A stretch of 64,000 nucleotides of DNA from Coriobacteriales bacterium (lineage in GTDB: Bacteria; Actinomycetota; Coriobacteriia; Coriobacteriales; Atopobiaceae): contig JAUMWL010000002.1 in NCBI GenBank assembly GCA_030529665.1, positions 3,986 through 67,985 of the forward strand, read 5' to 3'. Under the pieces are notes generated by a model. That model saw only the letters and a program-made list of their open reading frames with translations, did not search any database and was not told the DNA's origin. How positions within the stretch are numbered: the stretch's first letter is position 1; the number at the start of each line of letters is the position of its first letter. The position numbers and the translations under genes were made by a program. This document shows, one piece after another, positions 1 to 9,467 of the stretch.

Positions 1-731
1 AGAAGCGTTCCTTCATCGAGCTGGACGACGAGGAGGAGGTAGCATTCCGCACAGCCCTACTGCGAAAGAACATCGACGTGCTCAAGAATCCGTCTGCGGG
101 AGGCACCCTGGAGCATGAGGACATCTCTGAGCATGCCAGAATCTTACGCATCCTCCAGTCGAGTGACCGGAGGTTGAGGGCGGGGGAACTCGTTGCGACC
201 TACAGGAAGAGGAACGGAGCCCTCAGTTCCGAGGCGGCACTTGAGATTGCGCTTATCAGGCAGCTCTGGGTCGATAAGGACCAGGCAACCGCAGCTGTCT
301 TCGGTGATTGGGACTACATCAGCCATCAGGTGGCCGCATCCCCGGCCAAGTCCATCCAGTATATGGACCGCATGGATGTCTTCGGCTACCGGTGGCTCGA
401 CCCAAACGACCGCATCATCGAGAAGTACTTTGTAGTCGAGCTAAAGAAAGACACGGTACGTGGTGATGATTTGCAGCAGCTCATGAAGTACGTCGATTGG
501 GTCAAGGAGGAGTATGCCAACGGCGACTACTCGCTCATTAGCGCGTTCCTGGTCGGGCACGGCATCGATGAGGCGTCGGTCGGGGCGGTGCTTCCAACCG
601 CAGAGCGCTACAGCTTGGCCGGGTATCGCCCTCCTGTGCCGTGCCGCTGGCTCGACGTAACGCTATTGAGATACTCGGCGGATTCGAATGGGTACGTCTC
701 ATTCTCCGAGGCACGGATTACCAATTCTTGA
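1..731 (+). CDS. PD-(D/E)XK restriction-endonuclease-like protein; 5' end probably runs off the window
   Basis: The reading frame is open from nt 3, with no stop before the GTG at 78, so the gene is likely cut by the window edge. The motif MDVFGYRW...FVVELKKD fits a D...(D/E)XK nuclease core. The stop at 729-731 lies about 25 nt upstream of a C5 DNA methyltransferase gene on the same strand. Confidence 0.5.
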   Translation, partial: KRSFIELDDEEEVAFRTALLRKNIDVLKNPSAGGTLEHEDISEHARILRILQSSDRRLRAGELVATYRKRNGALSSEAALEIALIRQLWVDKDQATAAVFGDWDYISHQVAASPAKSIQYMDRMDVFGYRWLDPNDRIIEKYFVVELKKDTVRGDDLQQLMKYVDWVKEEYANGDYSLISAFLVGHGIDEASVGAVLPTAERYSLAGYRPPVPCRWLDVTLLRYSADSNGYVSFSEARITNS

Positions 732-755
732 TCTTGTCCACCCGATTGGCTATGA

Positions 756-2066
756 TTGTCGTTAATCGAATCAGTCCACAGCAGCGATTGGAGAAACGTG
801 GACACGAAAGCGACCATAAGGGTCGCCGAGCTCTTCGCGGGCGTCGGCGGCTTCCGTCTGGCATTGGACGGCTACACCAATGCAGATCACCCCGAGTTTG
901 AGATGCCTCCTGCGGGTCCGTACGAGACCGTGTGGGCGAATCAGTGGGAGCCGCCGGGGACCGCTTCCAAGCAGTTCGCATGGCGATGCTATGAGGAGCG
1001 CTTCGGCAAGGGCTCCTGTGTCAACGAGGACATCGCCGTGGTTCTGGACAAGTACGAGGCAGGCGAGCTCGACATCCCTGACGTTGACATGGTCGTGGGC
1101 GGCTTCCCTTGCCAGGACTACAGCGTGGCCAAGCCGCTCTCCCAGGCTGGCGGCATCGAGGGCGAGAAGGGCGTGCTGTGGTGGTCCATCTACCGTTTCC
1201 TTATGCTCAAGCTCAAGAAGCCAAAGTACTGCATCTTTGAGAACGTCGACCGTCTGCTCAAGAGCCCGGCCAGGCAGAGGGGGCGTGACTTCGCCATCAT
1301 CCTCTCGTGCCTCAGCAGCCTCGGGTACTCCGTCGAGTGGCGCGTGGTGAACAGCGCGGAGTATGGGTTCCCCCAGAGGCGCAAGCGCGTGTTCATCTAC
1401 GCTGAGCGCGACGCCGGCGAGTGGGACCTGCACGGGCGCATGATTGCGGGCGTCATGGCGCGGGCGCTTCCCATCATCCCGCCCGACGAGCTGCACGGCG
1501 TGGACGTCAGCGAGGACCCATACGAGATCACGAGGTCCTTCAACGCGGGGGGCGGCAGAAGCCCGTTCGAGAACGCCGGCGTAATGCAGGGAGGCGTCGC
1601 GCTGACGGGGTCCGTGACGGAGAGCTACGACGGACCGAGGGGGTGCTTGGGTGACGTGCTCGTTCCCGAGGCGGAGGTTCCGGAGGAGTACTACGTCCCC
1701 GACGATCAGCTCGGGCAGTGGAAGTGGCTCAAGGGGTCTAAGCGCATACCGCGCAAAAACAAGCGGACCGGTCATGAGTACATGTACTCGGAGGGGGCAA
1801 TGGCGTTCCCGGACCTCCTGGAGAACCCGTCGAGGACCATCCTCACCGGCGAGGGCGGCAAGGGCGCGTCGCGCTTCAAGCACATCATCCGGTGCGTGGA
1901 CGGGCGCTATCGCCGCCTCGTGCCTGACGAGCTTGACAGCTTGCAAGGGTTTCCCAGGGGATGGACCGACACGGGGATGACCGACGGTAGGAGGGCCTTC
2001 TGCATGGGGAACGCGCTCGTGGTGGGCGTGCCACACCTCATCGGAAAGGTTGTCGCGGACCGTTGA
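756..2066 (+). CDS. DNA (cytosine-5)-methyltransferase
   Basis: Canonical C5-MTase motifs occur in order: AELFAGVGGF (motif I, FxGxG), GGFPCQDYS (IV, PCQ), FENV (VI), QRRKRVFI (VIII) and GNALVVGV (X). The start is uncertain: TTG at 756 or an in-frame GTG near 798. Confidence 0.93.
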   Translation: MSLIESVHSSDWRNVDTKATIRVAELFAGVGGFRLALDGYTNADHPEFEMPPAGPYETVWANQWEPPGTASKQFAWRCYEERFGKGSCVNEDIAVVLDKYEAGELDIPDVDMVVGGFPCQDYSVAKPLSQAGGIEGEKGVLWWSIYRFLMLKLKKPKYCIFENVDRLLKSPARQRGRDFAIILSCLSSLGYSVEWRVVNSAEYGFPQRRKRVFIYAERDAGEWDLHGRMIAGVMARALPIIPPDELHGVDVSEDPYEITRSFNAGGGRSPFENAGVMQGGVALTGSVTESYDGPRGCLGDVLVPEAEVPEEYYVPDDQLGQWKWLKGSKRIPRKNKRTGHEYMYSEGAMAFPDLLENPSRTILTGEGGKGASRFKHIIRCVDGRYRRLVPDELDSLQGFPRGWTDTGMTDGRRAFCMGNALVVGVPHLIGKVVADR

Positions 2067-2225
2067 GACGCTCGACATGTCACCGATGTGCGCGAATCCA
2101 AGATGCGAGGACGACGCGTTCCGGAAGAGCAAGCTCGGGTCGAGGGTACTTCATGATGAATTCCCCGATATCGGCACGGAAAAGCGGGCTTTTCGGACGA
2201 ACGACTGTGGGGAGGATTACAGAGC

Positions 2226-5200
2226 TTGGGCGAGATTGATGAGCTCATGGCCGCATTGGCGGAGTTCAATGAAACGTTAGCCTTTCAGGGGTCGATTGCA
2301 GGTGCGGATTCAGCTTGGCGCGGATACGAGCTGCAGACCCTGTACATCTGCTCTCGAATCGTCGGCGACGCGAGCGGCGATGCGACATACTTTCCCGAAT
2401 CTGCCGAGGACCTCCTGATCCTCGGCGGAAACGATGGGCAAAAGCGCATCGAACTCGTCCAGGTCAAGGCGCAAGACCGCCCCCTCACCCTCTCCGACAT
2501 CGCCCCGAAGCAGAGGAACACATCGTACGGGAAGGATGACGCCCTGCTGGGACACACAAAGTTCTTCCTGGACAGGGGTTTCGACATGGACGTCCGAGTT
2601 GTCGTCTTCGGAGAGCTCGGGGAGGAGCTGGCGGGCTTCTCCTCCGGGGAATCCAGGTCAGAGGCAACGGTCCTGGAGAAGATTCGCTCCATGTATGGGG
2701 GTGGAATCGCGAGGTTCGCGAGGGAGCACATGTCGTTCGAGGCATTGGACGAGGCGGGGATAAGAGACTTGCTGCTTCGATACGTCGGATCCAGGCCGGA
2801 GGTCAGCGCATGTCCCCAAGTGCTTCTCCATCACCTAACGACGCGAGTGCGGGACTGCTCACGGCTAAGACAATACCTATCGATGCAAGGAATCAACGAG
2901 GATATCGTGGCCCTTGGCACCAGTCTCGCAGGGCTTACGGGGCTGTCGCGGCAGTACGGTAACACGGTGCTGCCTCTGTCTCAGATGCTCACGAACGATG
3001 CTAGCGTTGACATCACTGACGAGTATCGCGCGGGCATCAACGCCCGACCGGAGCACATCGTTGCCAACCTTGACGTTAAGAGGCCACGATGGATGAGCGA
3101 ACTGGACGTTGCACTTGAGGGGGAAAAGGTCGTGGTGGTCCGAGGGGCCTCCGGACAAGGCAAGAGTACCCTCTGCTACCGATACCTATACGACCGTGTC
3201 GAGGTCGGCGACTGCCACGTGATAACGGGCATAGACAGCGTGGAGACGGCCAGGGACGTATGCTCGTTCATCGTCGCCCTTTGTAACGCCCGGCACGACT
3301 CCGTGCAATACGCCTACTTGGACGGAGCGAGGGACGACGGATGGGCATGGCTCGCGGAGCAGGTCTACGCCCGTGCCGACGCAAACATCAGGCTTCTCGT
3401 GAGCATTCGGGAGGAGGACTACGGACGCTCGGACCTCTCGCCAAAGCGATTCCGCTGGCGGGAGGTGGCGCTGACCTTAGAAGAGGAAGAGGCGAGGGAA
3501 ATCTACGACGCATACGATTCCCCGCGCTACCCGTCATTCGAGGAATCATGGGCCAGCTTCGGAGAATCCGGGCCGCTGATGGAGTACACGTACTCGCTCG
3601 GCACAGGGTCGACGCTGCGGGGCATGCTGTCCGAGCAGGTCGGTCGACTGATTAGGGAGAAAGACGACGACTGGATCTACGCCCTGTACCTCGCTAGCCT
3701 CGCCGGGGCCGAAGGGTCCGTCTGTTCGATTCCGTCGCTCGGGAGGACGTCGGGATGCCGCTCGATGGCCGGCTTTGTCAGGGCGGTTGACCGAGAGCAC
3801 CTCCTGAGGAGGGACGGAGCGGGATTCGTTGGGCCGCTTCATCCCTACCGCTCGTCAATCATAGCGGACCTCCTCAGGGACTATTGCTTCCGCTCGATGG
3901 ACGAGGTTGCGGCAGGCCTCGTGGAATGCGCCGAGACGGGATGCGGGACGATGCTGGTCAACCTCCACGCGAGGCATGGCTGGAGGCCATCGAACGTCGG
4001 GCGGTTGACCGAATCGGTCGATGGCTCCTGGGGTAAGTTTTCCGAGCTTCTCAAGTTCGCGCTTTGGTCTGACGCGAGAGATACCTACGAGGAATGTGCC
4101 GACCTGCGACGGGATCTCTCGGGCTATAACGTGTCGTCGTGGCTCCTGTTCGCATTGGGCGGCGGTATTACCAAGGCGTTTGACGCAAGGGGGTCGGATA
4201 CCTTGCTCAGCCTGGCTACCGACGAGCATTGGCACGAGGTGCTGGAGTCGCTCATAGAGAGAGCCGGCAGTTACCGAATCGAGTACGCCTCCACAAGAGC
4301 CGTGCTTGCGGCAGTCGACCTGTCCAGATATTCGGTGCCCTCCAATTCGCGTGACCTAACATCCGCCGGCTTCTGTCTCGTGCAGTTTGTGACCTGCGGA
4401 ATTGTCGACAATTCGGTGTCGGCGGCCGCGCAAAGACTCTCGGACGCCTTCTCGCCGGTAGGACTCCCTCTTTCCAGCGCCCTCGACTTCGCTCTGGGCG
4501 TCCAGCTGTGCGGGTCAAGCTTGAGCCAGGACGCGTACGTGTGCCTCGAAAGGGCGATTGACAAGGCGGATTCAGTACTGTGGAGGGATACTTCTGGCTC
4601 GTCCATTGACCTCCTCCAGGCTCCACAGGGAGGCAAAGACAACCTGAATGACGAACTCATGGCTGCAATCCTAGACTACAGAAGGCTGTACCCGTGCAAG
4701 GAGTCGTACTGCGGGAGCCAGATTGGTGTGGACGTGTTCGTGCCGTCCGAAAGGATGCCCCCGGTCCAGAAGCACATTCCTGCGAAAAACCTTCCCATAC
4801 GCTGGCTGAACGTGGCCGACCTCATGTTCTACGCCATGTGCGAGTACGACGACTCCCTTGACGATTGGGCCACAACCATCCAGGTCGTGGAGAATTCCAT
4901 ATCCCTTCTCGAGAGGGTCGTCGTGGGGCTTACGCGCTGGTTGGACAAGGGCTTCGAGAAGGGATTGCTGGCGCAACCTCATAGGACGCTTTCGGCGGAC
5001 ATCCTTAAACTCGCCAAACGTGAGGATAAGAGCTGGACGCTTGTTGACGTCCCCAAGTCCGACCGCGATCCCCATGGCTTCAAGAGGCTCAGCTCTCCCG
5101 TTGACCGTAGGGCGACGAGGGTGGCAGACGAAGAACCGGTCGGCCTCGGCGGACGTAGGACGAACCCACTACACGGCGTCTCGAAGCTCCTCAACACCGC

Positions 5201-6200
5201 CGAGCCGTTCGGACAGAGGTGTTGCGATTTGATCTTATCCCTACGCAAGGGCGACTCGCATGGCGCTGAGCATGCCGCCAGATCTGCCGTCTTCCTGCTG
5301 AAGACGATCGTGGAGACCTTGGATGACTGCGGCAGCGAGCTGCCGTGTCTCCTCGAGAGGCACGTGATCGGAGAGAGAATTGAGCAAGAGATTCTTATAC
5401 TTTGCGGTGTGCTCAGCCGACTCGCCGAGCTAGGCATCAAACCAAGGCATTCGGTTGCGTATGAATCGAAGCTTCGAGCACGTTGCCTCAAGAAGGCTCC
5501 GTCGATGGTGGCCGAGAGGGCAAGTCGACTTCCTGGCATGGATTCCGAAGTCGAGGGGGACGGGGAGTTGACCCTCGCGATAGACTTGGGGTCTCCAGAA
5601 ATCAGTTCTATCGAGTCTGCTATTGCGAGAGTGGTCAGAGGCTTCTGCAAGGAGTTCGATGACACAAACCATCTGACCGAGTTCTTCCTCTTCCCCCACT
5701 ACTGTTCAAGGGTAACGATTGACCTGCTCAATGGCGGGGCATACTTCGCCTCAGTCGGGCTGACGGGCCATCAACTGGTGAGCATCGCAAGCGACGGCGA
5801 CTGCGACCGCGTATTATACGTTCCGGTTGATGCGTCTGACAGGTCCGAACGCTATAGGATGAGCCCTGAGCTTGGAGCGATTCGGTGGGCGATGGGCATA
5901 AGGCAGCTGATGCTATACGCCGCTTCCGTGAACCGCTCATTGACCTGCAAGGGCGGCGACACATCGAACCTCGATGCGGAGACCTACGCAATATGGGCTG
6001 AGGGCCTGGTAAGCTCGCTTGTCGACGTATTTGGCAAGTTGTCTGAGTCGTGCCAGCAGATACCCTCAAAACCCCAGTCTTTGAGCAGCGCAATCGAGTC
6101 GCTTGCGGCTTCCGTCAGGTTGGTGCCGTCGTCATCCGACGTCTCTGCCCACGTGCTCAGTATTGATGTGGTTTTGTCCGAGCTCATGAGCCTCGTCTGA
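2226..6200 (+). CDS. Large nuclease-NTPase defence-type protein (Cap4/DUF4297-like PD-(D/E)XK head, P-loop NTPase, long uncharacterised C-terminal region)
   Basis: The N-terminus has GYELQ...ESAEDL...VQVK, arranged like the DUF4297/Cap4 endonuclease core. Walker A VVVVRGASGQGKST lies at about nt 3131-3169. GGGGAGGA sits 9 nt upstream of the TTG at 2226. The composition looks like real protein, unlike the overlapping antisense ORFs. Confidence 0.7.
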   Translation: MGEIDELMAALAEFNETLAFQGSIAGADSAWRGYELQTLYICSRIVGDASGDATYFPESAEDLLILGGNDGQKRIELVQVKAQDRPLTLSDIAPKQRNTSYGKDDALLGHTKFFLDRGFDMDVRVVVFGELGEELAGFSSGESRSEATVLEKIRSMYGGGIARFAREHMSFEALDEAGIRDLLLRYVGSRPEVSACPQVLLHHLTTRVRDCSRLRQYLSMQGINEDIVALGTSLAGLTGLSRQYGNTVLPLSQMLTNDASVDITDEYRAGINARPEHIVANLDVKRPRWMSELDVALEGEKVVVVRGASGQGKSTLCYRYLYDRVEVGDCHVITGIDSVETARDVCSFIVALCNARHDSVQYAYLDGARDDGWAWLAEQVYARADANIRLLVSIREEDYGRSDLSPKRFRWREVALTLEEEEAREIYDAYDSPRYPSFEESWASFGESGPLMEYTYSLGTGSTLRGMLSEQVGRLIREKDDDWIYALYLASLAGAEGSVCSIPSLGRTSGCRSMAGFVRAVDREHLLRRDGAGFVGPLHPYRSSIIADLLRDYCFRSMDEVAAGLVECAETGCGTMLVNLHARHGWRPSNVGRLTESVDGSWGKFSELLKFALWSDARDTYEECADLRRDLSGYNVSSWLLFALGGGITKAFDARGSDTLLSLATDEHWHEVLESLIERAGSYRIEYASTRAVLAAVDLSRYSVPSNSRDLTSAGFCLVQFVTCGIVDNSVSAAAQRLSDAFSPVGLPLSSALDFALGVQLCGSSLSQDAYVCLERAIDKADSVLWRDTSGSSIDLLQAPQGGKDNLNDELMAAILDYRRLYPCKESYCGSQIGVDVFVPSERMPPVQKHIPAKNLPIRWLNVADLMFYAMCEYDDSLDDWATTIQVVENSISLLERVVVGLTRWLDKGFEKGLLAQPHRTLSADILKLAKREDKSWTLVDVPKSDRDPHGFKRLSSPVDRRATRVADEEPVGLGGRRTNPLHGVSKLLNTAEPFGQRCCDLILSLRKGDSHGAEHAARSAVFLLKTIVETLDDCGSELPCLLERHVIGERIEQEILILCGVLSRLAELGIKPRHSVAYESKLRARCLKKAPSMVAERASRLPGMDSEVEGDGELTLAIDLGSPEISSIESAIARVVRGFCKEFDDTNHLTEFFLFPHYCSRVTIDLLNGGAYFASVGLTGHQLVSIASDGDCDRVLYVPVDASDRSERYRMSPELGAIRWAMGIRQLMLYAASVNRSLTCKGGDTSNLDAETYAIWAEGLVSSLVDVFGKLSESCQQIPSKPQSLSSAIESLAASVRLVPSSSDVSAHVLSIDVVLSELMSLV

Positions 6201-6210
6201 GCTTCGCGTT

Positions 6211-6798
6211 TTAGCGCCTCTCCCTCTTCGGCAGGTCCATCTCGTGGGCGTGGGGCAGCTGCTCGCGTGTCTCGCCCCGCCAGTCGTACGTGCTTGCGTT
6301 CACGCCCTTGTCGAACCAGAGCATGCTGACGCTCTGGCTGAGCCAGTTGCCGTCGGAATCTCGTCCCGTGAAGTTCCGCGCGATGTCTACGGCGCACGCG
6401 ACGTCGGCGTCGGTCGCCTCGTTCGTGGTGAACACGTCGAGGCGCCTCACGACGCAGAGCCACCCCTCCTCGTCGCGGGTGCACTGGACGGCGGCGTCGA
6501 CGACGGCGTCCGGGTGGCGCCTCATCAGCGCGACCGCCTCGCGACCGAATCGGTGCCCGACGCAGAGCAGGCCCTTGTTGCAGAGTGCATCGATCACTTC
6601 GAGCCCTGCCTTCTCGTACCAGAGCGAGGCCATGGTCACGCCGTCCTCCATGAGGCTCATCGTCATGTCGCATCCGTCGCGACCGACGAGCTCCTCGTCG
6701 ATGGCGCGGTCAAGCTTGTCCGCTCCGAGCGTTCCGTCCGGCCCCCAGCGGAGCAGCGACACGTCGAACTCGTTGCCGTCTCTGTCTTGCAGTTGCAT
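6211..6798 (-). CDS. Hypothetical protein
   Basis: The minus-strand ORF has protein-like composition. An internal ATG at 6798 (MQLQDRDGNEF...) is preceded by GGGAGG, so the start is trimmed from 6864. The plus-strand ORFs 6244-6999 and 6290-6973 are Ala/Arg/Val/Pro-rich shadows. Confidence 0.55.
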   Translation of the reverse strand: MQLQDRDGNEFDVSLLRWGPDGTLGADKLDRAIDEELVGRDGCDMTMSLMEDGVTMASLWYEKAGLEVIDALCNKGLLCVGHRFGREAVALMRRHPDAVVDAAVQCTRDEEGWLCVVRRLDVFTTNEATDADVACAVDIARNFTGRDSDGNWLSQSVSMLWFDKGVNASTYDWRGETREQLPHAHEMDLPKRERR

Positions 6799-6982
6799 TA
6801 TGGTCCGCCTCCCGTGGCTCGGTCTTACAATCGGTGCAGGGAACGCCATGGTCAAATGTTGCAACCTTCCCGATCTATGGTTTCAGGTCTTGGGTCTGAC
6901 CGCGCTGATTGGCCTACGCCGAATACTAAGAATAGGGGGTTTCGCAGATTGGTACAATCGTTGGGCATGTTAGGAGGAGAAC

Positions 6983-7606
6983 GTGAGCTACATCCCTGAT
7001 GAGCGATTTGTATTCTCGAGCTGTGGACGGCGATTGAACGGAGGCAAGCCTGATCTTGAGGCATTCCTAAAGACGAGGGTGCGGAAGATAGTAAACTGGG
7101 GCACCCTCCTATACACCTCCAAGCACGTAGGGACCCGCTACGAACGCGGTACGTGGAACTACGACTTGGGGGAGGGGCTTTCCTACACGATGGAAAGTCC
7201 GGGAGGGCTTCTGTATAGGGACTTTGTCCTGACGGCCCGCAGCTTCATCGAAGTTCGTATCCCGGGGAGTAACGTACGCGGATGTCAATCGACTGATTTG
7301 TCGGTTCAGGAGGCCGTTGAAGGCTGGTGTCCAGAGGCGGGAACACTTCGCACCCTCCTCCTGTTTCCAGCCGCCCACGATGCCTACTTCTCCTTCTTGA
7401 ACCCGCTGTCGCTTGACCTTTATTCGAGGGAGAGCATCGGCCTGAGGTGCGACACGACCCCCTACGATAGGGAGCAGGCAAGCGTCGTCGATTACATCAC
7501 GATCGAGGCGAGAATCCATCCCGTGGGAATCAAGATGGCGGCTTTCCGAATTCGTGAGCGCGGGTGGCCATACAGCGCGGTCGAGGAATACGGGAACAGG
7601 TGGTAG
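6983..7606 (+). CDS. Hypothetical protein
   Basis: The GTG start at 6983 is preceded by TAGGAGGAG. The 207-aa ORF has balanced composition, and I recognise no motif in it. Confidence 0.5.
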   Translation: MSYIPDERFVFSSCGRRLNGGKPDLEAFLKTRVRKIVNWGTLLYTSKHVGTRYERGTWNYDLGEGLSYTMESPGGLLYRDFVLTARSFIEVRIPGSNVRGCQSTDLSVQEAVEGWCPEAGTLRTLLLFPAAHDAYFSFLNPLSLDLYSRESIGLRCDTTPYDREQASVVDYITIEARIHPVGIKMAAFRIRERGWPYSAVEEYGNRW

Positions 7607-7834
7607 CATGTCGCTTGGATCAGCCCGCAGGATAAGCCCGCCTTCTCGCGATGCGCTTTTTTAGCCAGGTCGACCGTTTGATAGGAACGCTCATCCGGAT
7701 GTCCCAGGCATTTCGACGAATGCGTTGTGTAGGAGCGACTACCACTCTCGCCACTTCCACTCCGTTTCTACGACACCCTGGAAGCCTGGCTTGAAAATGA
7801 GCTTTGCCAATCTTGGCGCACTGACTTCCCCGGA

Positions 7835-9244
7835 CTAGTCACCATCGTCCACGTAGTCCCTCAGGGGACGCCTCGCCTGCAGGGTTTTTCGAACTATCTT
7901 TCCGTTCTGGTCGACGGTGAAGCCACGAGAGAAGAAGCCTCCCTCCATCTGCCGTACGCGCTCGCGCGTGATTCCGAACTCAGCGGCAGTTTCGTCGAGG
8001 TTGTGTGGCTCTCCGTCTTTGAGGCCAAACCTGAACTCGATGATCTCCCATAGTCTGGGTCGATAATCCCTTATGCGCTTGCGAATCTCTTCAAGGCTCT
8101 CCTCCTCAAGGATTCTCTTCAGCGTTTCGTCCGAATACGAGGTGTCGCTCTCGCTTGCGCTCTCCAGAGGGATGACCTCGACCTGTCCCTCGCCTCCTTC
8201 CTCGCGCCGTTCGAAGTCTCCGGCGCCAGAGACACGGCTCGCGTCGCACAATGCCCGTGCGGCAGCGTTCCGCACCGCCCACCTCACCTCCCGCATTATC
8301 TGGTCGCAGACGGCGCGGCCGTCGCCCACTGCCGTGCTGGAAACCGACTGCCGCTCGACTGCGCGGACGAGCGCCTTGGTACCCGCCCTGATGATTCCAT
8401 CGGTATCAGTTGCCCTTCCGCGCGCACCGATGCGATTGACCATCGACATGACGAGCGCGGGTCTCCCCTCGAGGAGCTCCTCCCTGGCGAGGGTGCCGTC
8501 TCGGGCCATGCGCTCGAGGCGTGGCCAACCACCATGCGGGGAGTCGTCCTCGCTACCTGGGGTATCGAGCGCCCGTCGCGCCATGGCTCCCCGGGCGGCG
8601 AGCAAGAGGAGCTCCTCCTCCATGTCTGTCAACGCGTTCCTCTCGACGAGCAGCCTGACTCCGTCGCGTACGACCTCGGCGACCTCTGGCATTTGCCACG
8701 CTCCTCCTGACATGTGCGGTCTCCCTTCTGGTATGCGTGATTCCCATGCGAGCTGGTAGAGGTTGTCGAATCGCTGGCAGATTCCTGCAAGCGGTACTCC
8801 CGCGGCCGCGTCGCGAAACGCCTCGCCGTATTCGTCCAATGTGCCCGCGAGTCCCATGACGAAGTCCGTCAGGCCGTCTCCGACCGCCTCGAGCGCTGGC
8901 AGGGGACGTGAGTACGATAGGCAGAGCGCAAGGTCGGGCTGCCACGAGACGACCTTGCCGTGCTCCATGGACGTGATGTCGAACGTCGCGGACTTCTCCG
9001 CGTGGAGGTAGTTGGCCAGGGCCACGACGGTGCGGGCGCTGTCGGTGTCCGTCACCTCCTCGATTCCCAGGGGTATGGTCACGTGACAGAGCTCTTCGTC
9101 CATTGTGACGTACATCACCTCCTTCCCCTTGGTGACGAGCATGAAGTACCCTTCGCGCAGCTCCGCGAAGGCCTCGCTCCTCTCCTTGAGGTCTTGGATC
9201 TGGTCGCGGAATCCTCTGGTGAGCGTTGGCCTGCGAACGTCCAT
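7835..9244 (-). CDS. Sigma-70 family-like protein with a long N-terminal extension
   Basis: The C-terminus RLWEIIEFRFGLKDGEPHNLDETAAEFGITRERVRQME is a typical sigma-70 region 4 helix-turn-helix. LVMSMVNRIGARG...GIIRAGTKALVRAVER resembles region 2.1/2.2. The start is set at ATG 9244 (MDVRRPT...), preceded by GGGAGG; the ORF upstream of that point overlaps the neighbouring gene. Confidence 0.6.
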   Translation of the reverse strand: MDVRRPTLTRGFRDQIQDLKERSEAFAELREGYFMLVTKGKEVMYVTMDEELCHVTIPLGIEEVTDTDSARTVVALANYLHAEKSATFDITSMEHGKVVSWQPDLALCLSYSRPLPALEAVGDGLTDFVMGLAGTLDEYGEAFRDAAAGVPLAGICQRFDNLYQLAWESRIPEGRPHMSGGAWQMPEVAEVVRDGVRLLVERNALTDMEEELLLLAARGAMARRALDTPGSEDDSPHGGWPRLERMARDGTLAREELLEGRPALVMSMVNRIGARGRATDTDGIIRAGTKALVRAVERQSVSSTAVGDGRAVCDQIMREVRWAVRNAAARALCDASRVSGAGDFERREEGGEGQVEVIPLESASESDTSYSDETLKRILEEESLEEIRKRIRDYRPRLWEIIEFRFGLKDGEPHNLDETAAEFGITRERVRQMEGGFFSRGFTVDQNGKIVRKTLQARRPLRDYVDDGD

Positions 9245-9467
9245 CTTGCCTCCCGCATCTTGTGGCGCCTTGCGCGGTGCCCGTAAGCCGTCACTTGCAT
9301 AATAAAAGTAGAGCACGACACCTGTGGGGCGTTTGCGCAAATGAACCTGACCGTGAGGGAGGAGCACGCCACGCTTCCGTCGCGCAGCGTGCCCCTCTGT
9401 CGGATTGTGTTGAGGTGCCAGCCTGTCGCAAGCACCATATTTCATCGCGAGGCGTTTGGCCAGCTCG

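Noticed and set aside
771-2132. 453-aa minus-strand ORF covering the whole methyltransferase gene
   Set aside because: Its composition is dominated by Arg/Ala/Pro/Gly/His/Leu and it has no motifs. The plus strand carries every C5-MTase motif. This is a classic antisense shadow ORF in GC-rich DNA.
5984-6673. 229-aa minus-strand ORF bridging the end of the nuclease-NTPase gene and the next gene
   Set aside because: It is extremely Arg/Gly/Pro/Ala/His-rich, with runs of RRRRRR. It overlaps two better-supported genes in other frames.
6244-6999. Plus-strand ORFs (251 and 227 aa) antisense to the 6211-6798 gene
   Set aside because: They have Ala/Val/Arg/Pro-rich shadow-frame composition. The minus-strand frame has a balanced composition and a GGGAGG-ATG start.
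7607-7834. 228-nt gap after the 6983-7606 gene, with short open frames on the minus strand
   Set aside because: It has no start/RBS combination, no recognisable motif, and no hairpin strong enough to call. It is left unannotated.
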